A stretch of 64,000 nt of DNA, taken from the NCBI GenBank assembly GCA_963806535.1, contig CAWDYC010000003.1:160001-224000 (forward strand), read 5' to 3'. The position numbers and the translations under genes were made by a program. The DNA is from Candidatus Bathyarchaeota archaeon. GTDB taxonomy: Archaea; Thermoproteota; Bathyarchaeia; Bathyarchaeales; Bathycorpusculaceae. Of this stretch, positions 1 to 9,166 are shown in pieces (the first letter of the stretch is position 1; each line of letters opens with the position of its first letter). The notes beneath the pieces were generated by a model, which saw nothing but the letters and a program-made list of their open reading frames with translations, was not told where the DNA came from and searched no databases.

Positions 1-2
1 CT

Positions 3-860
3 GCAATTCCAGCCAAAGTCGCAGGCGTCCCAAGAATTGTAGTTTGTTCACCATCAGACCAAAAAGGCAAAGTTAACCCACTTGTTCTAGTCGCCGCTGA
101 CATATGCGGAGTCGATGAAATTTACAAGGTTGGTGGAGCACAAGCCATAGCCGCTTTAGCTTACGGAACCAAAAGTATAAAACCTGTACGAAAAATTGTT
201 GGTCCAGGCAGCAAATATGTAACGATGGCGAAGGTTTTGGTTTCGACTGATGTTGCGATTGATATGCCGGCTGGCCCAAGTGAAGTGTTGGTTTTGGCTG
301 ATGAGTTGGCTGATGCACGACTTATCGCTTTTGACATGGTTTCGCAGGCTGAACACGGGGGAGACAGCGTGGCTGGACTCATAACAACTTCAGACAAGCT
401 TGCTTTGAAAGTTCAACTGAGCCTTACAACAGTTGTCGCTTTAGCAGAGAGAGGCGAAAAAGTCTGTGAGGCACTATCAAAATACGGCTTCATAATAGTC
501 TGCAAAACCATGGAGGAAGCTGTCAGTTTGGTGAATCAGTTTGCTCCCGAACACTTAGAAGTCATGACTGCAAAGCCCAAAGAGATTGCTGAGAAATTAA
601 CGGCTGGATTAATACTGTTAGGTCCATACAGCCCCGTTGCATTAAGCGATTATGGAAGCGGAACAAATCATGTATTGCCCACAGGCGGCTTTGCACAATC
701 ATTCTCAGGACTTTCCGCAATGGATTTTACGCGGCGAGTAAGCATCGTTGAAAGCTCAAGAACAGGTCTTGAGCGAGCAAAAGACAGCATCAAAGTTATG
801 GCGGAAGCCGAAAATCTTCCAAATCACTACAAAGCTATACAGGCAAGGTTTGAAAAATGA
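3..860 (+). CDS. hisD: histidinol dehydrogenase (5'-truncated by window edge)
   Basis: Frame open from base 3: KVGGAQAIAALAYGT..KIVGPG, DMPAGPSE, QAEH, APEHL, DYGSGTNHVLPT motifs. Confidence 0.97.
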   Translation, partial: AIPAKVAGVPRIVVCSPSDQKGKVNPLVLVAADICGVDEIYKVGGAQAIAALAYGTKSIKPVRKIVGPGSKYVTMAKVLVSTDVAIDMPAGPSEVLVLADELADARLIAFDMVSQAEHGGDSVAGLITTSDKLALKVQLSLTTVVALAERGEKVCEALSKYGFIIVCKTMEEAVSLVNQFAPEHLEVMTAKPKEIAEKLTAGLILLGPYSPVALSDYGSGTNHVLPTGGFAQSFSGLSAMDFTRRVSIVESSRTGLERAKDSIKVMAEAENLPNHYKAIQARFEK

Positions 861-1976
861 GTGCAACCTACAAAAAATGGTTAAACGATAAACTTGTGAA
901 GCTTCAAGCAATAGCTTGCTATACGGCGGGAGCTTCACCTGAAACGGTAGCGAAGCAACTAGGCATCACTACGAAGCAAGTAGTCAAACTAAATTTCAAC
1001 GAGAACCTTTTCTTGCCAAGAGTTAAGCAGGCTAAACTAATTAAGGAGTTGGCTGAAGAGATTGATTTGCGACTGTACCCTGAAGATGAAGACGCCAAGC
1101 TACGAGAGAAGCTTAGCACTTACATTGGAGCGCCAAAGGACAACATTGTTATTGGAAACGGCAGCGACGAGCTAATTGACCGAATCGTAAGGCTATTCTG
1201 TAGAAAAAGGCGAAGCTGCCCTTTCATTTTCTCCAACTTTTGCTATACCTCCACTCTGCGTTAAAAGGCAAGAGGGCGAATACGTTACTGTACCTCTTCT
1301 AAACAACCTACAACTTGACGTAAAAGGGCTGCTCTCAAAGTTTTCAGATAAGACAAGGCTACTATACATTTGCTCCCCAAACAACCCCACTTCAACACAA
1401 TATAAAATGGAAGATGTTGAAACTTTAGCCAAAGCCTTCCCAGGAATAGTCATATTAGACGAAGCCTACGGCGAATTTGCAGAATACTCATTTGTGCCAC
1501 GAATCAGTAAGTTCCAAAACATGATTATTCTGAGAACGTTCTCGAAAGCATTCGGTTTAGCAGCTCTTAGACTAGGTTATGCGGTTGCGAACCCTGAGTT
1601 AGCAAGAATTCTGACGGAAAAGGCGCCTTTGCCCTATCCAGTAAGCGCTTTCACCTTAAGAATGGGTTCCAAAATGCTGGACAACGTTAGCTTGATGATG
1701 GAGTCTGTTAAGCAAGTGAAAGGTGAACGGGGAAAATTGATAAAGGCACTAAACGAAATAGATGGCGTACAAGCGTTTGATTCACAAGCCAACTTCCTGC
1801 TGATTAACACTGAAAAACCCGCTGACGAAGTTAACGAGAAACTGCTCAAACGGGGTATCATGCTCAAGAAATGGGGCAAAATCCTGCAGTACAATAATTG
1901 TTTCCGAGTAACAGTAGGCTTGCCAGAAATGAACAAAAAACTAATTGAAGCATTAAAACAAATTCAAGAGGAATAA
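857..1976 (+). CDS. hisC: histidinol-phosphate aminotransferase (frameshift near 1200)
   Basis: ORFs 857..1264 (KLNFNEN, GNGSDELI) and 1407..1976 (LDEAYGEF, RTFSKAFGLAALRLGY); position in his operon. Confidence 0.93.
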
Positions 1977-1977
1977 A

Positions 1978-2554
1978 ATGAGGACAGAAGAAGTTTATCG
2001 CAAAACCAAAGAAACCGAAGTTAAAGTAAAAGTGAACTTAGACGGGGAAGGAAAAGCCAACATAAACTCAGGCGTGCCCTTCCTTGACCACATGCTCACG
2101 TCCTTAGCCACACACAGCCTAATCGACATAACTGCCTCAGTCAAAGGCGACTTGGTACACCACTCAGTCGAAGATTTAGCAATCGGGCTTAGGTGAAGCA
2201 TTAAGCAAAGCCTTAGGCACAAGAGAAGGCATCACGCGATTTGGCAACGCAGCCGCACCTATGGATTGCTCCTTAGCATTTGCAGCCGTCGACTTGGTAA
2301 AACGACCTTACTTCAAAATTGACCTCAAACTCAAAGGCAAGAAAGTAGAGAACATGCCAACCGAAGACATCAACCACTTCTTCGAATCCCTCGCCACCTC
2401 ACTGCAGGCAAACGTCCATATTTTCGTTGAATATGGAAACAACGATCACCACAAAGCAGAAGCCGCCACCAAAGCCCTCGCCCTCTCATTAAGACAAGCA
2501 ATAGCCCTTGACCCCAGACGAAAAGGTGTACCCAGCTCCAAAGGAGTCATCTAA
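1978..2554 (+). CDS. hisB: imidazoleglycerol-phosphate dehydratase (frameshift near 2186)
   Basis: RKTKET, FLDHML, HHSVED, NDHHKAEA, PSSKG motifs across two ORFs. Confidence 0.95.
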
Positions 2555-2556
2555 AC

Positions 2557-3163
2557 GTGGCCAAAGCAGTCATTTTCGATTACGGAGTAGGCAATTTGCT
2601 AAGTCTGAAAACTGCTTTAGAAAAAGCAGGCTTAGACGACATCAATTGGAACTTCATCAAAAGAATTAGCCGAAGCTGATGCAATAGCTTTGCCAGGTGT
2701 CGGAGCTTTCACTCCAGCAGCGGCTAAACTGAACTCAGTCAAAGAAACGATTGTTGAGAAAATTCAGAGCGGGACTCCAATGATTGGAATTTGTTTGGGT
2801 TTGCAACTTTTCTTTGAAAAAAGTGAAGAAGGACCAGGAAATGGCTTATCTCTCTTCAAGGGCAAAAACGTTAGCTTACCAAATACCGTTAAGGTCCCTC
2901 ATATGGGCTGGAACACGTTAAACATTGTAAAACAAAACGAACTTTTCGACGGCATAGCTGAAGGCTCGTTTGTTTACTTCGTCCACTCACTCTACCCCGT
3001 ACCTGTTGACAAAAAAATTGTTTGCACACAAACAGAATACGGCACAACATTTACTTCAGCAATAGCCAGCAAAAACATCTACGGCACCCAATTTCACCCA
3101 GAAAAATCAGGCGATTTAGGCTTGAAAATCCTCAAAAACTTCGCTAAAGTAGTGGTAAGGTGA
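2557..3163 (+). CDS. hisH: imidazole glycerol phosphate synthase glutaminase subunit (frameshift near 2640)
   Basis: GTG start at 2557 (MAKAVIFDYGVGNL), PGVG, GICLGLQ, PHMGWN, QFHPEKS. Confidence 0.95.
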
Positions 3164-3170
3164 TTTTGTT

Positions 3171-3896
3171 ATGCAGTTAATTCCAGCAATTGATCTGATG
3201 AATGGTAAAATTGTGCGTTTATCCAAAGGGGATCCTAAAACTGCCAAAGTTTACGAAGAAAAATTTGGAACCCCATTAGAAGCTGCAAAACGGTGGCGAG
3301 ATGAAGGCGCAGGAAAATTGCACATAATCGATTTAGATGCAGCTTTTGTATTGGGCAATAATCATTCGGTTATCGCTGAGATTGCAAAAAATGTCAAATT
3401 ACCAATTCAAGTCGGCGGCGGAATACGCAACTATGAAACAGCAGAAAAAATCTTCCAAACAGGCATAACCCAAGTAATCCTAGGCGCCTTAGCCTTTAGT
3501 GATCCATCAGCAATCGGAAAATTCAGAATAAATTTGGCAGAGATTCAGTAATTGTTGCTTTGGACAATAAGGAAGGGTATCATTATGGTTGAGGGCTGGA
3601 AAACCGCAACTTCGATGAATGTTGACGAAGCGCTTGAAAAATACACTCAACTCGGTGTAAGTCATTTTCTGATTACGTCTATAGCTCAAGATGGCATGCT
3701 TAGCGGTCCTGATCTACAAACACTCAGTGCAGCCGCCCTGTATCCTAACGCCAAAATCGTCGCGGCAGGCGGAATAGGCAGCTTAGGAGACTTAGTGGCA
3801 CTCAAGGAAATCGGGGTAGAAGGCGCAGTCATCGGAAAAGCCCTCTATGAAGGCAAATTTACTCTAAAAGAAGCAATTAAAATTATAGGAGCCTAA
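3171..3896 (+). CDS. hisA: ProFAR isomerase (frameshift near 3520)
   Basis: [36 protein letters not shown] motifs. Confidence 0.95.
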
Positions 3897-3898
3897 AA

Positions 3899-4702
3899 AT
3901 GCCGTTAGCCAAACGTATTATTCCGTGCCTTGATGTTGATCACGGAAAAGTTGTCAAATGTATAAACTTTCTAAATCCAAAATGTGCAGGCGACCCAGTT
4001 GAAATGGCAAAACAATACTCAGACGAAGGCGCTGACGAACTGGTTTTTCTCGACATTACCGCGTCCTCTGAAAAAAGAGACATTCTCCGAGGCGTTGTCG
4101 AAGGCGTAGCTAAAGCCATTAGTATCCCTTTCACTGTTGGCGGCGGAGTCAGAAATGTTTCTGATGCAAGGTTGGTTTTGTGCAGCGGAGCCGACAAAGT
4201 GTCCGTTAACACAGCAGCCGTGGAAAACCCAAGAGTCATCACTGAATTGGCAGATGTTTTCGGAAGACAATGCGTGGTCTGTGCCATTGATGCAAGAAGA
4301 AATCGTGCACCAATCGAAGGCAAAATTATGATCGATACAGCTGAAGGAAAATTGTGGTTTGAAGTCGTCACTTACGGAGGCCGAAAACCCACAGGAATAG
4401 ACGCAATAGCATGGGCCCAGCATGCAGAAAAGCTTGGAGCAGGAGAGTTCCTTGTAACTTCAATGGATAAGGATGGCACAAAAGACGGCTACGACATCGA
4501 GTTAACCCGAGCAATCTCAGAACGCGTTAACGTTCCAATCATCGCAAGCGGCGGAGCTGGAATCCCCAAACACCTCCTTGATGTATTCACCGAGGGAAAA
4601 GCAGATGCAGCTTTGGCAGCTTCAATTTTCCACTACAACCAGTATCCAGTTCCAATTGTGAAAGAGTACCTGCGTAAAGCCGGGGTGATTATTAGAAAAT
4701 GA
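3899..4702 (+). CDS. hisF: imidazole glycerol phosphate synthase cyclase subunit
   Basis: [47 protein letters not shown]. Confidence 0.97.
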   Translation: MPLAKRIIPCLDVDHGKVVKCINFLNPKCAGDPVEMAKQYSDEGADELVFLDITASSEKRDILRGVVEGVAKAISIPFTVGGGVRNVSDARLVLCSGADKVSVNTAAVENPRVITELADVFGRQCVVCAIDARRNRAPIEGKIMIDTAEGKLWFEVVTYGGRKPTGIDAIAWAQHAEKLGAGEFLVTSMDKDGTKDGYDIELTRAISERVNVPIIASGGAGIPKHLLDVFTEGKADAALAASIFHYNQYPVPIVKEYLRKAGVIIRK

Positions 4703-5031
4703 CAACAAAAGATGTACTGGAAAAGCTTGATTTCACAAAAGGCAACGGGCTCATTCCTGTGGTTGTTCAAGATGCCAAAACCAAAGAAATACTTATGCAA
4801 GCATACGCGAACCGAGAAGCTGTCGAAAACACACTCAAAACTCTCAAAGCAACATATTGGAGCCGAAGCAGAAACGAACTTTGGGTCAAAGGCGAAACCT
4901 CGGGGCACACCCAAAAAATCATCTCCGTTTCAACAGACTGCGACTACGACTCACTACTCTATGTGGTTGAGCAGACAGGACCCGCATGCCACACTGGCGA
5001 ATACACTTGCTTCTTCAACAAGTTATTATAA
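4699..5031 (+). CDS. hisI: phosphoribosyl-AMP cyclohydrolase
   Basis: [30 protein letters not shown]. Confidence 0.96.
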   Translation: MTTKDVLEKLDFTKGNGLIPVVVQDAKTKEILMQAYANREAVENTLKTLKATYWSRSRNELWVKGETSGHTQKIISVSTDCDYDSLLYVVEQTGPACHTGEYTCFFNKLL

Positions 5032-5135
5032 AATCGAAGCTCTCAATAATCAAGATTTTTGGTTTCCTATCAACTGTCTCTTCATTATTTTTTCTTGAAA
5101 AGGCTTAAGTCTGCGTAGTTCTTAATTAAAGAACC

Positions 5136-5465
5136 ATGGAAATCGAACTTGAAAAACTGCCAAAGATTCTTAGAAAAAAGGACTTAGAGAAAAATCTAGC
5201 TGAAATTTGCAGAAAAAATAATATTGTTTTTTTGGCAGTCTTTGGGTCTTTTGTCAGAGGCGAACAAAACAGCAAAAGCGATATCGATATTGCCATCGAG
5301 TTTAATAAAAGCAAAAGAAAAACTCTGGTAGACCTCATCCGCTTAGAAGATGAGTTGAGCGGAATTTTCAAAAGAAAAGTCGATTTAGGAATTTTTAGCA
5401 GCTTAAACCCTTACATCGTTGAAGATGTGAAGAAAGAGATGCTCGTTATTTATGAAGAAAAATAG
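5136..5465 (+). CDS. minimal nucleotidyltransferase (MNT) antitoxin
   Basis: GS-X10-DXD motif (GSFVRGEQNSKSDIDI); overlaps a downstream HEPN gene. Confidence 0.88.
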   Translation: MEIELEKLPKILRKKDLEKNLAEICRKNNIVFLAVFGSFVRGEQNSKSDIDIAIEFNKSKRKTLVDLIRLEDELSGIFKRKVDLGIFSSLNPYIVEDVKKEMLVIYEEK

Positions 5466-5797
5466 AGTTTACCTAAATCACATTTTAGAAGCAATTTCTG
5501 GGCATAGAAAACTTTTTGCAAGGTGTGTCAGAATAAGAATTTTTCCATAATAGAGAGAAACAATATGCTGTCTTGCGAGCGTTAGAGATAATTGGTGAGG
5601 CAACCAAGAATCTTAATAGTGAGTTAAAGGCAAAAAGACCTGATGGTGATTGGAAAAACATTGCTGGAATGAGGGATAAATTGATTCATGCTTATTTTGG
5701 TGTTAATCTGCCTTTGGTTTGGGAAACTGTAAAAAAAGACCTGCCTCCGCTTAAGAAACAGGCGTCTAAAATACTTGAAGATATTAAGGATTCTTGA
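5452..5797 (+). pseudogene. HEPN/DUF86 (HepT-like) ribonuclease toxin, disrupted
   Basis: ATG 5452 (MKKNRVYLNHILEAI), frameshift near 5500, in-frame TAA at ~5534; C-terminal RX4HXY motif (RDKLIHAY). Confidence 0.75.
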
Positions 5798-5857
5798 TAG
5801 CAAGCTCTTGTAGTTAATCCTTTTAAACAAAAATGACGTCTAGTCTTCTGGAGAGTT

Positions 5858-6922
5858 ATGAGAAAAATGTCGCTTCATGAAGCCATGCTTTATGAAAAGC
5901 AAGCTGAAAACAAAGTAAAATGCTGTTTATGCGCCCGACGCTGCCTCATAAACGATGATGGGCAAGGATTCTGTTTAGTAAGAAAAAACCAAGGCGGCAC
6001 ACTCTACTCACTTAATTATGCCAAAGCAGTTTCCGCCGGCGTCGACCCGATTAGCAAAAAACCACTTTCACATTTCAACCCAGGCGCATTAGTTATGTCT
6101 GTTGCGGCGGCAGGCTGCAATTTCCGCTGCCAATTCTGTGACAACTGGATGATAAGCCAAGACAAAGAAATCTCCGGCAAGCTTTTTCCTCCAGAAGAAG
6201 TAGTCAAGTCTGCTCTGGATAACCAATGCCAAGGAATAAGCTACACATACACTGAACCAACCATTTTCATGGAGTACGCATATGACACAGCTAAGCTTGC
6301 GCATGAAAAGGGTTTGTTTAACACATTTGTCACGAACGGGTACATGACGCCTGAAGCCGTAAAAACTATCGCGCCTTATCTGGATGCAGTAACAGTTGAT
6401 TTTAAAGGCGGAGCAGATCCCGACTTCTACAAGTCCGTAATGGCCGTGCCCAGTGTTGAACCAATTTATGAAAGCCTAAAAGAACTAAAGCTAAACGGCG
6501 TCCACATAGAGATTACCAATTTGATTGTTCCGAAAACAGGCGACTCCATGGACAGAATACGGGCAATGGCAATTTGGATCAGAGATTACTTGGGCAAAGA
6601 CACGCCTTTTCATCTGCTTCGTTTTCATCCAGAATATAAATTGACGACAATTCCCGCGACCAGCGTTGAGGAAATGGAAAGAGCACTATTGACCGCAAAG
6701 AACCAAGGACTAAATTATGTTTACATTGGAAACGTACCTGGACACCCTGGTGAGAACACTTATTGCCCAAACTGTGATACAGCAGTTATAAAACGCAACA
6801 GCTTCGACATCATCCAGTGGAACCTAACTCCAGACATGCGATGCCCAGTCTGTGGAAACCAAATCCCAATCAAAGGCAAAGTCTACCAAAACAACCTACG
6901 CTACCCCTACTCACTTTTTTAG
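5858..6922 (+). CDS. amrS: AmmeMemoRadiSam system radical SAM enzyme (PFL-activase-like)
   Basis: VKCCLCARRC, DPISKKPLSHF, GCNFRCQFCDNW (CX3CX2C), YTYTEP, YVYIGNVPG, C-terminal CPxC pairs. Confidence 0.85.
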   Translation: MRKMSLHEAMLYEKQAENKVKCCLCARRCLINDDGQGFCLVRKNQGGTLYSLNYAKAVSAGVDPISKKPLSHFNPGALVMSVAAAGCNFRCQFCDNWMISQDKEISGKLFPPEEVVKSALDNQCQGISYTYTEPTIFMEYAYDTAKLAHEKGLFNTFVTNGYMTPEAVKTIAPYLDAVTVDFKGGADPDFYKSVMAVPSVEPIYESLKELKLNGVHIEITNLIVPKTGDSMDRIRAMAIWIRDYLGKDTPFHLLRFHPEYKLTTIPATSVEEMERALLTAKNQGLNYVYIGNVPGHPGENTYCPNCDTAVIKRNSFDIIQWNLTPDMRCPVCGNQIPIKGKVYQNNLRYPYSLF

Positions 6923-6926
6923 CACA

Positions 6927-7303
6927 TTTTTTCTTTGTGTTTTAGATTGGTTTCTTAATTTGAAGCTTGTTTCGTTTGCAGGTTGCGTCTTTAAATGTAA
7001 GAAAATGGAAAAATCTGGAAGAATCTGGAAAAAAAAGGAAGAAATAAATGGCGTAAACTTTCAAGAAATGAAGCTTAAGCGTCTCTACTGCATTTTCTTA
7101 CGCAAATTTGTTTTTGTGTTTCAGGCTGTATTCTTGGTTTGGAGCTTGATTCGTTTGCAGGTTGCGTCCCTAAACGCAAGAAAATGCAAGAAAAAGGAAA
7201 AAAATGGAAGAATCAATTATTGACGGTTTTTTGTGCAGTTTCTGCTCTCTTTGTTTTGAGTTGTTTTCTTGTTTTAAAACTTGTTTTGTCTTTAGGATGC
7301 GTC
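6927..7303. repeat. three degenerate direct repeats (~60-90 bp units)
   Basis: Core AGCTTG(T/A)TTCGTTTGCAGGTTGCGTC at 6964-6989 and 7143-7168; weaker copy at 7278-7303. Confidence 0.75.
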
Positions 7304-7370
7304 ACTATCCGTCTCTAAACGTCACAGAAAGTCACTAAACGTCACCAAAAGTCACTGAAAGTCAAAAATG
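7301..7370. repeat. 10-bp tandem repeat x7 (consensus GTCACNRAAN)
   Basis: gtcactatcc gtctctaaac gtcacagaaa gtcactaaac gtcaccaaaa gtcactgaaa gtcaaaaatg. Confidence 0.85.
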
Positions 7371-7398
7371 TGCAATTTTTTTGCCGAAGAAAAGTAAC

Positions 7399-7644
7399 TT
7401 AACACAAAGTGCAAATTATGAAATAATCCCTAAAGTTATCGATTTCTAAATTGTGACTTCTAACGTAATCTTGCAACTCATTAAAATCTGATTCCTTAGC
7501 TATAGCCGTATCAGTCAGGACAACGTAACCGTCGGTTTTAAAGTCCCAGATTCCCCATTCGATGAATCCTTTGAACACCTTTGGATGATAAGTGCGAAAT
7601 TTCTTGGAGACCTCAATAGCGTCTTCAAAATCCATGCAAACCAA
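7399..7644 (-). CDS. hypothetical protein
   Basis: 81-aa ORF with protein-like composition; no motif recognised. Confidence 0.5.
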   Translation of the reverse strand: MVCMDFEDAIEVSKKFRTYHPKVFKGFIEWGIWDFKTDGYVVLTDTAIAKESDFNELQDYVRSHNLEIDNFRDYFIICTLC

Positions 7645-8221
7645 CCTTATGAATAATAATACTGTTTTGTGTATATTTTAAAGTGTTGTGACTACAATAT
7701 GTGACAACTTTATTAACTTTTCAAATTGCAGCGTCTTTAGCCGAAAAAAATTGGCTACGAGTCCAACTTTTCACGAAATAGAGAAGGAGGGAGAAAGATT
7801 AAATTTTAATCTTTTTCCCCTGCTTCTAACTAACTACTACTGACTACTTCTCTCATCTAACTACTCTCCCCTACTCTCTCTCCTTTAGCACACATAAGAC
7901 AGACAAACAAAGACAAACAGACATGCTGAAATAGTGAAGCAAAAACACCTCGCTTAGTGAGGAACATCACCCTAAAGGGCACCCCCCTCACAAGCAAGGG
8001 CTCTGTTTTTTCACAACAAAGCCGGTTTACGAAGAAAGAAAGCGTGGTTTAAAGTCTAAAATATTAAGCAATTCGCTACTTCTTTTTATTTAGTCTAACT
8101 TACCGCGCAATAGGGCTACTTCAGGCTTTTCTAGCAAACTTTTTTATATTTATTGAAACAAACTAAGCGAGTTATGGCACGTATCAATAGCGTGCTACCG
8201 AAGAAACATTAAGGGATAAAC

Positions 8222-8725
8222 ATGAAAGTCAAAGTTTGGAAGCTTCTAGGTTTAATGCTCATTGCGATTTTTGCTTTGTCAGCAGCCAACGCAAGTGCAA
8301 CACCTACTATGTCAAGTATGGCTGGTACGTATGTCGAACAAACTTCAAGCGGAACAGGATACAATATAATTCTTTATGAAAATGGCACAGCACTATTTAG
8401 TACACATTCCGGCACATGGGCTATAACCAACTCAACCACTTTCGAAGGCATATATAGCGTACTAGGCATAACTCAAGACGATTATTTCACAATCACAAAC
8501 AACGGTTTCACCGCAGTTCAAACAGGAAACGTGTACGTTAAAACTACGTCTGCGTCATCAAGCCCAACTGCATCTGCTTCCGCTAGCCCGACAACTTCTG
8601 CAACTTCTACTCCGACAGTACCTGAGTTCAGCAACGCAGCACTCATTTCAGTTGCGGCAGCAATAATGGCTGTAACCTTATGCACAGTTGCATTGAAAGC
8701 GAACAAAAAAACCTCCCCAAGATAA
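8222..8725 (+). CDS. secreted Ser/Thr-rich surface protein with PEF-CTERM-like sorting signal
   Basis: N-terminal signal peptide, S/T linker, VPEFS followed by a TM helix and basic tail. Confidence 0.8.
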   Translation: MKVKVWKLLGLMLIAIFALSAANASATPTMSSMAGTYVEQTSSGTGYNIILYENGTALFSTHSGTWAITNSTTFEGIYSVLGITQDDYFTITNNGFTAVQTGNVYVKTTSASSSPTASASASPTTSATSTPTVPEFSNAALISVAAAIMAVTLCTVALKANKKTSPR

Positions 8726-9089
8726 AATAGATGAAACTGCATAATAAAAAACTGAAAGTTCTCCTTTCTTTTTTTACATTAACGAATTTCGGGACAAGCC
8801 AGCGCGCTTGACCGAAGCTTTTCATATCTTTGCTCTATTGACGTTTTCCCTGAAGTCTTTCTCATCCAGAAACTGCGCGTTAGGGCTGATAAAGCTCATT
8901 ACGCGCGTCGAAAAAAGGGGTAGGTACCTACCTTAGTACTAGGTATTAGGTACTATCAAGTATCTTGCCCTGCTTTTATTCAAGTAAAACAGCGTAGTAT
9001 TCTGCTCTGTTCAGCGTATTCAGTATCAGTTTTGGTGGTGGTGATTAAATTTTAATCCCACAAAGCAAAAAACCTGAGATTTAAGTCCT

Positions 9090-9166
9090 AGAAATTAGTC
9101 TTATTAAGGCTGAGCAGAACTGAATCTATGAAAGTGCCCAGCTGATGACCAAGTACTCTGCATTGG
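9090..9166 (+). repeat. 77-bp direct repeat, copy 1 (duplicate of the upstream region and first codons of the cofE-like gene)
   Basis: Matches 12410-12486 at 76/77 positions (C9150 vs T12470). Confidence 0.95.

Noticed and set aside
5136-5465. MNT as the missing CD-NTase of the type IV CBASS-like locus
   Set aside because: It is a 109-aa minimal NTase paired with HEPN, 21 kb away and outside the element.
6852-7223. 123-aa ORF over the repeat region
   Set aside because: Low-complexity K/F-rich translation of non-coding repeats that overlaps the amrS end.
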